Source: an uncultured delta proteobacterium
GTDB lineage: Bacteria > Myxococcota_A > Polyangia > Polyangiales > Polyangiaceae
DNA: 64,000 bases
Direction of reading: 5' to 3'
NCBI GenBank assembly: GCA_963782055.1
Contig: CAWAIF010000003.1
Coordinates: 6,432,001 to 6,496,000, forward strand
Positions 41,339 through 50,626 of this stretch are shown in pieces. Position numbers and translations under genes: made by a program. The notes under the pieces were generated by a model. The model was not told the origin of the DNA. It did not search any database and saw only the letters and a program-made list of their open reading frames with translations. Position 1 is the first letter of the stretch. The number at the start of each line of letters is the position of its first letter.

Positions 41339-44300
41339 TCAGTAGTAGATGCCGGAGGAGAAGAACTTGGCCAGCTCGCGGGCCGCGTTCAGGTTGGAGA
41401 CGTAGCCCTTGAGCTGCGCTTCCTTGGTGTAATCCTTCGGCGTGGCGGTGTTGTAGACCGGATGGGTGAAGCCGTTGTCGTCGGTCATCGTCCCGGTCTG
41501 GGTGTACGCGGCAGCGGCGAGCTGATTGGCGTACTGGATCATGCGGGCGCCCATCGTCGTCTGGACGGGAGCCATCTTGGAGTTCACGACCTCGGTCCCG
41601 TAGTTGCGGGCGGCGAAGATGTCGCCCGAGAGGGGATCGCGGAAGCGGATCTGCTCGGCCAGCGGGACGTCGACGGTGTCGGCGCCGCCCGGAGACCAGA
41701 TACGCAGCTGGTCGGTCGTGTTGGAGTTGAGCTGGGTAGCCCCGAACCAGTCCACGAGGAACATGAGCGGGTACTGCTGCTCCCAGCCGAGGAGCGGCGA
41801 CAGGACCGTCGCGCCCGCCGGGTAGTCCAGCTTGGTGGTGGTGGGATCGTTCGGGTCCCACTTGTCCCAGGGGAGGTAGCGGACCTCCGGAACCGTGCTC
41901 GCCAGGTTGCCGGTGGGCAGCGTGACGTACGGGCCGAGGGTCATCGGGTCGCCCGCCATGACTTCGGAGAAGAAGCGGCGAACCTGGTTCGGATAGAGAC
42001 TCGCGAAGTTCAGGTTCTTGTAGCGACCGTCGATGTAGTCCTCCTTCGAGTTGGACACGAAGTTGTTGTACGCCTCGGTCAGGTAGAAGGCGGCGTACAG
42101 CTTCTCGTACCAGGTACCCGCCTGGGTCTGGTAGTCGCCCCACCAGTAGCCCTGCGTGTAGTCGTAGTCGTTGTGGAGGTAGCGGCCCTCACCCGAGCCG
42201 AAGCCGACCTTGAAGTCGCCCTCGGGGAAGTTGATGAGGTTGTTGATGTCCTCGCCCTCCGCGTAGTCGAAGGGCATGCCCGTCTGGGCGGCCTTCTGGA
42301 TGGCGTAGGGGCCGGGCTCCGGCCGCGTCAGCACCCGGAGGAAGGTGGCGAACGCGTCCTGAGCGCCGAGGGTGAGGGGCATCAGATCGCCCGGGTTGCT
42401 CTCGGCCTGGACCGGGTTGCTGGAGAACTGCACCATCAGCGCGAGGGTGCGGGTCATCTGCGAGAGCTTGTCGAAGTACCGGTCCGCCGATCGGCTCATG
42501 ACGCTCTGAGAGTTGAACGTCACGCGGTCGCGGCGGAAGTTGTCGAAGACGTACCGGTTCTCGTAGGTCGAGATGATGAACTGGATCTGCTCGTAGGCGT
42601 CGGCGCCCGCGTCGAAGCGGTACACCGGAACGTTGCCGATGTCGGCGAACTCGTCCGAGCCGAACATGTACGGGTGTCGGACGTTGCCGTCGGGGGCGAC
42701 GGCGAAGTTGGCGACGAGGTCGGGCCGCACTGCGGTGACCGCGGGGGTGTACTTGTCCACCGTCTTCATCATGCGGAAGGGCACGTACTCCATCTTGAAG
42801 CCGTCGCACTTCGCGCTGAGCGGATCGTTGGGATCCGACTGCGGGCCGCAGTTATTGAGGATGTGGTAGTACTCGTTGTACCAGGTGTAGTGCACCCCAC
42901 CGAGGCTCTGGCCGCCGATGCCGCCGAAGCCGTCGAGGACCTGGAGGTACGCCTTACCCTTGTCGTTGCTCTGGGCAGCGTCGGTGTCGACGTCCACGAC
43001 GTCGCCGTATGCGAAGCGCATGGCGGCCTTGTCGTAGTTGCCGATGTCGTTCATGTCCTGGGTCTGGTCACCCGGGTAGTCCATGACCGTCGTGGAGCCC
43101 CACTTCCAGATCATGCCGTTGACCTCTTGCTCGGTCACCGGGTCCATCCACCGCGGGCCGGCGCACTTGGTGCCGTCCGTGTTGGGGGTCATGACGTCCT
43201 GGCAGGGCTTCTCCGCGCCGTTGCGGGTACGGAGCTGCCAGTACTGCTTGTGGTAGTTGAGCGAGTCGATGCTGCCCGTGAAGTTGTGGCGCAGGCCCAT
43301 CGAGTGGCCCATCTCGTGGGCGATGACCGCGACGTGGAACTGCTCGCGGATCCACTTGCGGAGCGACTCGTCACGCTGGTGCTTGAGCGCCGGGTAGTTC
43401 GGGTCGCTGGTGTCGGGGAGCGGGAAGAGCTTCTGCGCCTGGCGCGCCAGGCCGACGAGAGAGTCGGGCTCCGGCTGCTCCACCTCGCAGTAGCCGCGCT
43501 GGGCGAAGGACTTCTCGCGCATGCGCTTCATCCAGGCCCGGAGCTGCGGGTTCATGCCGCGCAGGAAGGAGGCCTTGTTGACCGCGTCGTCGTTGCCGGC
43601 GAGCGGCGTCGAGGGATCCATTCCGGCCGCCTGGAGCATGTCCGGGGTGACCATCTTGGTCTCGAGGTCGGTGTCGATGGCCGCCTTGCGGATGGACTCG
43701 AAGTTGGAGTCCAGCGAGGGGCCGAGGACCTTCTGCAGGGTCTTGGCGGCCTTCTCGCGCTGCATGGCCTTCGGCAGCATGGCGTCGGCCTTGGTGAGGC
43801 CGTTGGCGCTCGCAAACTCGGCCGAGGTCGAGTGGATGCGCTTCAGGATCTCGTCGTGGGAAAGCGTCTTCGGCTGGTACCCGGAGGTGCCCAGCTTGCT
43901 CGCCTTGACCCAGTCCTGCAGGTAGCTGCCGCCGGCGATGTCCTTGTCGCTGATCTCGCCGTTGATCCAGCGGAGGAGGTCGCCCGTCCACTGCGCGACG
44001 AAGTCGAGGACGTAGCCCCACTCGTTGACGCTGGTGGAGACCTTCTCGCCGGTGGTCGGGTCATCCGCGTCCACCATGATGCCCCACGGGGAGTGCGTCT
44101 GGGGGGCGGTGATGATGTTGACCATGTTGTAGCGGAGGTCGCCGATCCTCGCGAGGAGGCCGGGCGGTCCGCACGCCGGGTCGTCGCTGTCGATGACCGG
44201 GTTGTGGCAGAGGACGAAGACGTCGGGGATGGTCTCGCCGCCGTTGGAGCGGGTGGCGAGGTCGTTCTCGTCGGTCACGAAGCCGGAGTCGTCCGCGCCC

Positions 44301-45718
44301 ACCTGGTCGGCGTCGGCCTTGGAGCCGATCTCGGCCGCGCGCTTGACGGCGACGTTCCACTGGTCGAGGGCGACGCGCGTCGACGCGAAGAGGTCGGGCG
44401 CAGCGCCGGGGCCGTAGTACCAGGGGATGGTCCTGAGGGTGCGCTCGTGGAGCGGCAGCGTGCACTTGTGGGCGGTCTCGTCGCAGCGAGAGCCCGGGTG
44501 CGTCATGTCGCCGTTGGCGTCGGTGAACGCGCACTCGGCCTCGGTGTAGTTGTCCGTCGACGACTTGCGGTGCGGGTCCGCGCCGACGGGCGTGCCCGGG
44601 AAGGGCTGGCCGTTCGGGTCGGGGATCGGCAGGCCGGTCTGGCCGTCGGTGGCGAAGGTGCCGTCCTCGTTGACCTTGTACTTGGCGACGTTGCCCTTGT
44701 CGTCACGCCAGTAGTCGACGGCGCACTGGCTGCCCTCGATGTGGCTCTTCTGCCAGATGTTGTACTTGGCCGCGTAGCGGTGCCACTTCTGGTCGAGGAT
44801 GGTGCCGTAGTTGCGCTCGAAGCCGTAGCGGTCCTGGGTGAACCAGCCGAAGGCCTCCATCTTGTTGCCGTCCCAGTCCGACGCCTCGTAGTCGTCGTCG
44901 ACGACCTTCTTGAAGGACAGGCGGAGGGTGACCTCGGTCGGGTTGCAGTTACCGACCGGGTAGTTGCCGCCGTAGGCGTACGGGAGGAAGCAGGCCGGGA
45001 ACGCGCCCCACGGCGTGTTGATGGTCTGCGGCGAGGCGAAGGCCTTGCTGGTGATGTCGAAGTAGCCGTCCGCCTGATCGAAGACCGGCGCGTTCGGGCT
45101 GGTGGGGTCCGACTCGTAGTACGACATCGGGTCCCACTTCACGCCGCCGAAGATGCCGAGCTGCGAGAGGGTGTCGACCTCGTAGCCGTCGGTCACCAGG
45201 TTCTTCGACCAGTCGACGCGCATGTACTCGCGCTCGTTCCACGGACGGTCGGTGGTGTTCTCGGTGACGACGTTCAGCTCCTCGCCCGTGCTCGGGTTGT
45301 AGGAGCGGCGGATGTCGAAGTGGCTGCTGATGGCGAACATCGCGACGACCTGACCGTTGTTGCTGGTCTTGGTGCCGTTGTGATCGCTGTCCTGGATGCG
45401 CTCGTAGGTCTCCCGCGCGATGAGATCGTTCTCGGTGATCTCCCACTTGATGCGCGTCAGCGGCTGCGCGTACGAAGCCGTGAAGAGGCCATCACCGCCG
45501 CCGTTCCCGTAGGGGACGTCGATGACGGTGTTGCGCATGTAAAACTCGGGATCGTCCGACGAGTCCGAGAGGCTCGCGCCGACGAAGAAATGCTTCGAGA
45601 GCGCGTTCGGCTGAACCTGGTTGATCGGGTCGCGCTCCTGCGCACACCCCGCCGATGCCCACACGACGGCGCCGAACAGAGCAGCCAGCCCCAGACGCCT
45701 TGTCCACTTCGGTTGCAT
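41339..45718 (-). CDS. Large zinc-dependent metalloprotease lipoprotein (metzincin/EcxA-like, ~1460 aa)
   Basis: AAGGAGG RBS; lipobox SAGC; HEMGHSMGLRHN; Met-turn TVMDY. Confidence 0.85.
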   Translation of the reverse strand: MQPKWTRRLGLAALFGAVVWASAGCAQERDPINQVQPNALSKHFFVGASLSDSSDDPEFYMRNTVIDVPYGNGGGDGLFTASYAQPLTRIKWEITENDLIARETYERIQDSDHNGTKTSNNGQVVAMFAISSHFDIRRSYNPSTGEELNVVTENTTDRPWNEREYMRVDWSKNLVTDGYEVDTLSQLGIFGGVKWDPMSYYESDPTSPNAPVFDQADGYFDITSKAFASPQTINTPWGAFPACFLPYAYGGNYPVGNCNPTEVTLRLSFKKVVDDDYEASDWDGNKMEAFGWFTQDRYGFERNYGTILDQKWHRYAAKYNIWQKSHIEGSQCAVDYWRDDKGNVAKYKVNEDGTFATDGQTGLPIPDPNGQPFPGTPVGADPHRKSSTDNYTEAECAFTDANGDMTHPGSRCDETAHKCTLPLHERTLRTIPWYYGPGAAPDLFASTRVALDQWNVAVKRAAEIGSKADADQVGADDSGFVTDENDLATRSNGGETIPDVFVLCHNPVIDSDDPACGPPGLLARIGDLRYNMVNIITAPQTHSPWGIMVDADDPTTGEKVSTSVNEWGYVLDFVAQWTGDLLRWINGEISDKDIAGGSYLQDWVKASKLGTSGYQPKTLSHDEILKRIHSTSAEFASANGLTKADAMLPKAMQREKAAKTLQKVLGPSLDSNFESIRKAAIDTDLETKMVTPDMLQAAGMDPSTPLAGNDDAVNKASFLRGMNPQLRAWMKRMREKSFAQRGYCEVEQPEPDSLVGLARQAQKLFPLPDTSDPNYPALKHQRDESLRKWIREQFHVAVIAHEMGHSMGLRHNFTGSIDSLNYHKQYWQLRTRNGAEKPCQDVMTPNTDGTKCAGPRWMDPVTEQEVNGMIWKWGSTTVMDYPGDQTQDMNDIGNYDKAAMRFAYGDVVDVDTDAAQSNDKGKAYLQVLDGFGGIGGQSLGGVHYTWYNEYYHILNNCGPQSDPNDPLSAKCDGFKMEYVPFRMMKTVDKYTPAVTAVRPDLVANFAVAPDGNVRHPYMFGSDEFADIGNVPVYRFDAGADAYEQIQFIISTYENRYVFDNFRRDRVTFNSQSVMSRSADRYFDKLSQMTRTLALMVQFSSNPVQAESNPGDLMPLTLGAQDAFATFLRVLTRPEPGPYAIQKAAQTGMPFDYAEGEDINNLINFPEGDFKVGFGSGEGRYLHNDYDYTQGYWWGDYQTQAGTWYEKLYAAFYLTEAYNNFVSNSKEDYIDGRYKNLNFASLYPNQVRRFFSEVMAGDPMTLGPYVTLPTGNLASTVPEVRYLPWDKWDPNDPTTTKLDYPAGATVLSPLLGWEQQYPLMFLVDWFGATQLNSNTTDQLRIWSPGGADTVDVPLAEQIRFRDPLSGDIFAARNYGTEVVNSKMAPVQTTMGARMIQYANQLAAAAYTQTGTMTDDNGFTHPVYNTATPKDYTKEAQLKGYVSNLNAARELAKFFSSGIYY

Positions 45719-45867
45719 CCGAACCTCCTTAACAAACCCGCGGCCCTCCCCCATGGGACGACCCATCCGTGCACGAAGCAAGATTGAAACCAGCAGTTGT
45801 TCCCTAACGATTCCCTGCACTTACAGCACACCACGTTGGCGTTCGCACGCCCTTTTGGGGGCTGCCG

Positions 45868-47187
45868 TTAGCGTCGTGACGACCTGACTTCCACCGCCCG
45901 CGCGTGAGCCTCGAGGCCCTCGAGGCGGGCGAAGGTGGTGATGGCCTCGCTCTGGCGGGCGAGGGCCTCCGCCGTGTAGGCGATCACCGAGGTGTGGACG
46001 AAGAAGTCGTAGACGCCGAGGGGCGAGCCAAACCGGACCGTCCCCCCTGTCGGAAGCACATGGGAAGGGCCGGCGACATAGTCACCAGCGGCCTCCGGCG
46101 TCAAGCCACCAAGAAAGGCGGCGCCGGCGTGCCGAATTTGCCGAAGCATTCCATTGGGTTCCCGGACCTGCAGGCTGAGGTGCTCGGCGGCGATGGTGTC
46201 GGCGACCTCCGCCAGGCGCGCCCGCGTCTGCACCACGAAGCAGACCCCGTTGCCTTCGCAGGCGGCCCGGGCGATGGCCACGCGGGGGAGGGTCTCCAGC
46301 TGGCGGGCGAGCTCCTCGGCCACGGCGTCGGCCATGGAGGGGGAGGCGCAGACGAGCAAGGGGTAGGCGGCCTCGTCGTGCTCGGCCTGCGAGAGGAGGT
46401 CGGCGGCGATGACGCGGGGGTCGGCCTCGTCGTCGGCCACCACCAGGATCTCGCTCGGACCGGCGACGCCATCGATGGCGACGGCGCCGAAGACCAGGCG
46501 CTTGGCGCAGGCGACGTAGAGGTTGCCGGGGCCGACGATCTTGTCGACCCGCGGGACGGAGGCGGTGCCGTACGCGAGGGCGCCGATGGCCTGCGCACCG
46601 CCGGCGTCCAGGATGGCGGTGACGCCGGCGAGGTGGGCGGCGGCGAAGACGGTGTCGTCGCTGGCGTCGCCGGCGAGGGGGGTGGCGAGCACGACGTCGC
46701 CCACGCCGGCCACCCGCGCGGGGATGGCGCTCATCAGGACGCTGGAGGGGTAGCGGGCCTTGCCGCCGGGGGCATACACGCCGACACGGGAGAGCGGGCG
46801 CACGCGCGTGCCGACGGTGACGCCGTGCTCGGTGTGGCGGAAGCCGCGGTCCTCCGGGTCGTGGGCGCGGCCGAAGAGGTGGGCGAGCTGCTGCTCGTGA
46901 AAGCGGCGGATGCGGTCGGCGGCGAACGTCATCGCCGCGGCGGCGCCGGCACCCAGCCGGGCGAGCGCGCCCGCGCCGTCGTAGTCGTGGAGGAGGAGCG
47001 CGGCGGGGCGGCGGTGATCGAAGCGCTCGGCGTAGCGGAGCACGGCGGCATCGCCCTCGGCCCGGACGGCGGCGAGGATCTCGCGCACCGCGGGCTCGAC
47101 GCGTGACGTATCGGCCTCGCCGCGGGCGACCACCCGAGCCAGCGCGGTCTCGAAGTCCGGCGTGCCGTCGTGGACGATGCGCAGCAT
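45868..47187 (-). CDS. hisD: Histidinol dehydrogenase
   Basis: VGVYAPGG.A.YPSSVLM, GGAQAI.ALAYG, GPGN.YV, AGPSE, QAEH, GDY.AGPSHVLPT. Confidence 0.97.
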   Translation of the reverse strand: MLRIVHDGTPDFETALARVVARGEADTSRVEPAVREILAAVRAEGDAAVLRYAERFDHRRPAALLLHDYDGAGALARLGAGAAAAMTFAADRIRRFHEQQLAHLFGRAHDPEDRGFRHTEHGVTVGTRVRPLSRVGVYAPGGKARYPSSVLMSAIPARVAGVGDVVLATPLAGDASDDTVFAAAHLAGVTAILDAGGAQAIGALAYGTASVPRVDKIVGPGNLYVACAKRLVFGAVAIDGVAGPSEILVVADDEADPRVIAADLLSQAEHDEAAYPLLVCASPSMADAVAEELARQLETLPRVAIARAACEGNGVCFVVQTRARLAEVADTIAAEHLSLQVREPNGMLRQIRHAGAAFLGGLTPEAAGDYVAGPSHVLPTGGTVRFGSPLGVYDFFVHTSVIAYTAEALARQSEAITTFARLEGLEAHARAVEVRSSRR

Positions 47188-47230
47188 GGCGCGCGGTGTG
47201 TAGCACGCGGACGTGGTAGCGTCTCGCGTG

Positions 47231-48235
47231 ATGCGTGCGCGCGTCCTGGTCGGTGGCGGCGTGCTGGCGGTGCTCCTCGCGACCGGCTGCCCGCGCCCGC
47301 GCTGCGCGTACGTGGACGGCGCGAACGGCCCCCACGGCGCAAACCGTTGCGTGCCGCTGGTGTGTCCGCACGGCTCGACCGCCGACGGCGATGGGCGCTG
47401 CGCGTGCGTGGATGGCCTGGTGCCGATGTTCGGCGCGTGCATGCCGGTGGACCGGGTGCAGCGCTTCTGCGGCCCATCGACGCGCGTGGAGCCGACCGGC
47501 GCGTGCGTGCGGCGGGCTTGCGAGCCGGACGCGGCCGTCGACTGGTCCACCGGAGCGTGCGTGCCCTCGCGCACGCTGCGCGACATCGCGTCGTCGACGC
47601 TGGGCTTGCGACTGCAGGACGAGCAGCGGCTCGGGTGCCCGGGCGCGGTGATGGGCGTGCGAGGGTCGAGCGTCTTCTGTCTGGCGCCGCAGGACGCGTG
47701 CACGCGCACGGAGGGGCGGACCGCGAAGGGGTGCGACGCCGCGCCGCCCTGCCCGCCGGGCGAGGTGCGCGACGAAGCGGCGTCGCGGTGCGAGCGCGTG
47801 GTGCTGCCGCGGCGCGGGACGGAGTACGTGGTCGACGTGGCGACGTGGGCGCGGCTCGCGCTCGGTCCGGACGGCGGGACCGCGACGCCGGCGGTGTGCG
47901 CGCCGCTGCGCGCCGACGCGCGGGCGCTGACGGGCGGGGCGATGGGGAGCTCCAGGGTGCTCGCGCTGGACGTGACGCTGGTGTTCCCGGACAACGACGT
48001 GACGCAGGTGGAGACGCGGGTGCGGACGCACGAGGGCGGCTACGGGAAGCCGGCGGGGCCGGCGAGCGGGCGGGTGGCGGCGGCGGTGGGGGACGTGGTG
48101 GAGGCGCTGCGCGACGTGGGCGGGGTGGCGAGCGCGGCGGCGGTGGATCTGCGGGTGCGGTGCGATGTGCAGATGGGGCAGAGCCCGGCGGGGGTGGCGC
48201 GGGGGGCGGGGGATGCCGGAGTGGATGGGGGGTAG
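47231..48235 (+). CDS. Cys-rich lipoprotein
   Basis: Lipobox ATGC; multiple Cys repeats. Confidence 0.7.
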   Translation: MRARVLVGGGVLAVLLATGCPRPRCAYVDGANGPHGANRCVPLVCPHGSTADGDGRCACVDGLVPMFGACMPVDRVQRFCGPSTRVEPTGACVRRACEPDAAVDWSTGACVPSRTLRDIASSTLGLRLQDEQRLGCPGAVMGVRGSSVFCLAPQDACTRTEGRTAKGCDAAPPCPPGEVRDEAASRCERVVLPRRGTEYVVDVATWARLALGPDGGTATPAVCAPLRADARALTGGAMGSSRVLALDVTLVFPDNDVTQVETRVRTHEGGYGKPAGPASGRVAAAVGDVVEALRDVGGVASAAAVDLRVRCDVQMGQSPAGVARGAGDAGVDGG

Positions 48236-48419
48236 GGCGCGAGGGCGGGCGCGAGGGCGGGCGCGGGCGCGGGCGCGGGCGCGGGGGCGGGCGCGGGCGC
48301 GAGGGCGGGCGCGGGCGCGAGGGCGGGCGCGAGGGCGGGCGCGAGCGCGAGGGCGGGCGCGAGGGCGGGCGCGAGCGCGAGGGCGGGCGCGAGGGCGGGG
48401 GCGGGCGTGGGCGCGGGGG
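48235..48419. repeat. GC-rich hexamer/dodecamer tandem repeat (GGGCGC/GAGGGC units)
   Basis: About 30 hexamer units directly visible after the stop at 48235. Confidence 0.95.
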
Positions 48420-48478
48420 GAGTGTTGGGGATCGGGAGCTGGCGAACGATCGGCTCTGGGACGTGGGGAGGGCTGGTT

Positions 48479-48519
48479 CACATTGATAAAATCAATGTGT
48501 ACATTGACAAAGTTAATCT
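48479..48519 (+). promoter_or_regulatory. AT-rich palindromic operator overlapping a TTGACA -35 box
   Basis: CACATTGAT-aaa-ATCAATGTG (48479-48499); imperfect second copy 21 bp later containing TTGACA (48504-48509). Confidence 0.8.
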
Positions 48520-48539
48520 TGTGATCAAATAGTCTCGTC

Positions 48540-48938
48540 ATGAAGCGGGCTGCTCCTACGGTTTGCCCTGCGTGCTCGGCGCCCCTGCGCATTGCGCGGC
48601 TGGAGTGCGATGCGTGCCGCACCGCGATCGAGGGGGACTTCGACATGGGGCGCCTCGGGCGGCTGTCGCGGGAGCAGCTCGCCTTCGTGGAGGTGTTTCT
48701 GGAGTGCCGGGGGAAGATCAAGGACGTGGAAGCGCGGCTGGGCATCTCGTACCCGACGGTCGTGTCCCGGCTGGAGCAGGTGGTGCAGGCGCTGGGCTCG
48801 TCCGCCGCTCCTGTGGCGCAGGACGCGGAGGTCAGCGCGCGCCGCACCCAAGAGGTGCTCGACTCCCTGTCCCGCGGAGAGATCACGCCCACGGAGGCCG
48901 CGGCCCGGCTGCGTGGCAAGAAGGAAGGAGCATCGTGA
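48540..48938 (+). CDS. DUF2089 family protein (zinc ribbon + HTH, SHOCT-like tail)
   Basis: CPAC...L.C..C.T.IEG.F; F...RG.IKDVE..LGISYPTV..RL. Confidence 0.9.
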   Translation: MKRAAPTVCPACSAPLRIARLECDACRTAIEGDFDMGRLGRLSREQLAFVEVFLECRGKIKDVEARLGISYPTVVSRLEQVVQALGSSAAPVAQDAEVSARRTQEVLDSLSRGEITPTEAAARLRGKKEGAS

Positions 48939-49810
48939 TGGAGACGACGGAAGAGGATCGCTGGCCGCTGCCGCTCGCGGAGCACCCCGCGCTGGAGATG
49001 GAAGCCGACTTCGCGGCGCTCACGATGGTGCCGCTTCGCGAAGGCGAGGAGCCGTTCCTGGAGGCGCGCACGCGCCACGGGCGGCGGCTGCAGCTGGAGG
49101 TCGCCGGCGAGGGCGGCACGACGCGCGTGCGCGTGGGCCACTCCGGCACCTTCTGGGGCGGCTGGGAAGCCGGCGGCGCGCGGCTGGTGGCGCACGTGCC
49201 GCGTGACGTCCGCGCGCGCGTTCGCTCGAGCGCGGGGCGTATCCACGTCGAGCACCTGGAGGGCTGCACGCTGGACATCGAGGCGGACGCGAGCCGCATC
49301 TCGCTGGAGGACGTGGGCGGTGCGCTGCGCGTCCACTCCGACGCCGGCCGCATCGACGGCGTGGCGATCCGCGGCCGGCTCGACTTCGGGTCGAGCGCCG
49401 GCGCCATCCGGCTGGAGGTGGCGGCGCTGGATCCCGGCCAGCACCGGGTGGAGACGAACGTGGGCTCCCTGCGGCTGGAGCTCGCGCGTGGCCTTCCGGT
49501 GCGCATCGACAGCAAGACGTCGATGGGCTCGTCGAAGGTGGACTTCCCCTCCACGAGAGACGCCGAGGCGGTGCTGGAGCTGTCCGCGGACGTGGGCGCG
49601 ATCCGAGTCCGGGAGTCGCACCGCCGCTACGAGGCGTCGCAGATGGCGCCGTACCCGCCGTGGCCGGCCGGGCCCTATCGCGCGCCCCAAGCAGGGGCGA
49701 CACCGGGCGTCACGCAAGAGGAGCTGGATGCCATCCTCGAGCGCGTGGCGGCAGGCTCGCTGTCGCCCGCGGACGCGAGCGCCCTGCTTCGCGCCCTCCG
49801 TACGCCCTGA
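48938..49810 (+). CDS. DUF4097-like beta-strand repeat protein with SHOCT-like C-terminus (YvlB/LiaX-like)
   Basis: Repeated S.AGRI/SDAGRI/SSAGAI strands; ILERVAAG.LSP..A..LL; TGATG coupling. Confidence 0.7.
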   Translation: METTEEDRWPLPLAEHPALEMEADFAALTMVPLREGEEPFLEARTRHGRRLQLEVAGEGGTTRVRVGHSGTFWGGWEAGGARLVAHVPRDVRARVRSSAGRIHVEHLEGCTLDIEADASRISLEDVGGALRVHSDAGRIDGVAIRGRLDFGSSAGAIRLEVAALDPGQHRVETNVGSLRLELARGLPVRIDSKTSMGSSKVDFPSTRDAEAVLELSADVGAIRVRESHRRYEASQMAPYPPWPAGPYRAPQAGATPGVTQEELDAILERVAAGSLSPADASALLRALRTP

Positions 49811-49814
49811 GGCC

Positions 49815-50411
49815 TCAGGTCCAGTGGCCGGCGCGCAGGGCGGCGGCGTCGATGACCTTGACCTTCGGGCCGAGCGCCTCGCGGAAGCTGTCCTCGTCCT
49901 CGTCGTCCATGATCGCGTCGCCGAAGCCCGCCGCGATCTCCATGGCGGTCGCCAGGATGCGCAGGAACTGGGCGAAGCTGGAGGCGGCGAGGGTGGGCAC
50001 CCACTTGTCCTGCCCGCTCATCGCCGTGTAGACGGGGCAGTCGCCTTCGGGATCGGGCTTGGAGACGTCGAGGAAGTAGGGGTCGCCCAGCAGGGAGCTC
50101 TCCCCGATGACGACCCAGGAAGCCTTCCACTCGGCCGGCGGGGAGCCGCCGTCGGAGGGGGCGACGACGGTGGTCTGCGCCTTCAGCAGCTCGTCCGCGG
50201 GGAGGAGCCGGATGCGCTCGACCGGCGTCACCGTCTCCACCTGCTCCGGGTTGGCCTCCAGCAGGAAGGCGCGGAAGCGGGAGGGGACCTTGAGCTGCTT
50301 CTTGAGGGCATCCACCAGCTCGGCGGGCGCCTTGCCGAAGGTGATGGGGAGCTTCCGTCCCCCAAATACCGTCTTGAGACCTTCTACTGCGTCCGCCAGA
50401 TCGCTGTCCAC
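49815..50411 (-). CDS. SMI1/KNR4 family protein
   Basis: VP.RFRAFL, WVVIG...GD.YFLD, CPVY, AASSFAQFL. Confidence 0.8.
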   Translation of the reverse strand: MDSDLADAVEGLKTVFGGRKLPITFGKAPAELVDALKKQLKVPSRFRAFLLEANPEQVETVTPVERIRLLPADELLKAQTTVVAPSDGGSPPAEWKASWVVIGESSLLGDPYFLDVSKPDPEGDCPVYTAMSGQDKWVPTLAASSFAQFLRILATAMEIAAGFGDAIMDDEDEDSFREALGPKVKVIDAAALRAGHWT

Positions 50412-50626
50412 ATCACCCTCGTTCCCACCACCCCTGCGCCGACTCTGTTCTGGGCCTTTGCGCTGCTGGCATCATGTTCCGCGGCGCGCACAGCGGAGGC
50501 GAGTGTACACGGTGCAGGGCTGGCCGCAAGCTCCGGCGCGGCCAATCCGCAGGTAGATTTCTTTGCGATGTCGGCAGCTTGTACGGCGCGTTTTTTCCTG
50601 CAAAGAAGCCGCCTCCGCCGGCGGGC

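Noticed and set aside
41315..45787. 1490-aa + strand ORF
   Set aside because: Antisense shadow of the metalloprotease gene; strong GC3 bias removes stops on the opposite strand, and it has no motifs.
48165..48524. ORF encoding (RARG)n, a protamine-like peptide
   Set aside because: It is only the translation of the hexamer repeat, overlaps the upstream gene and the operator, and has no RBS.
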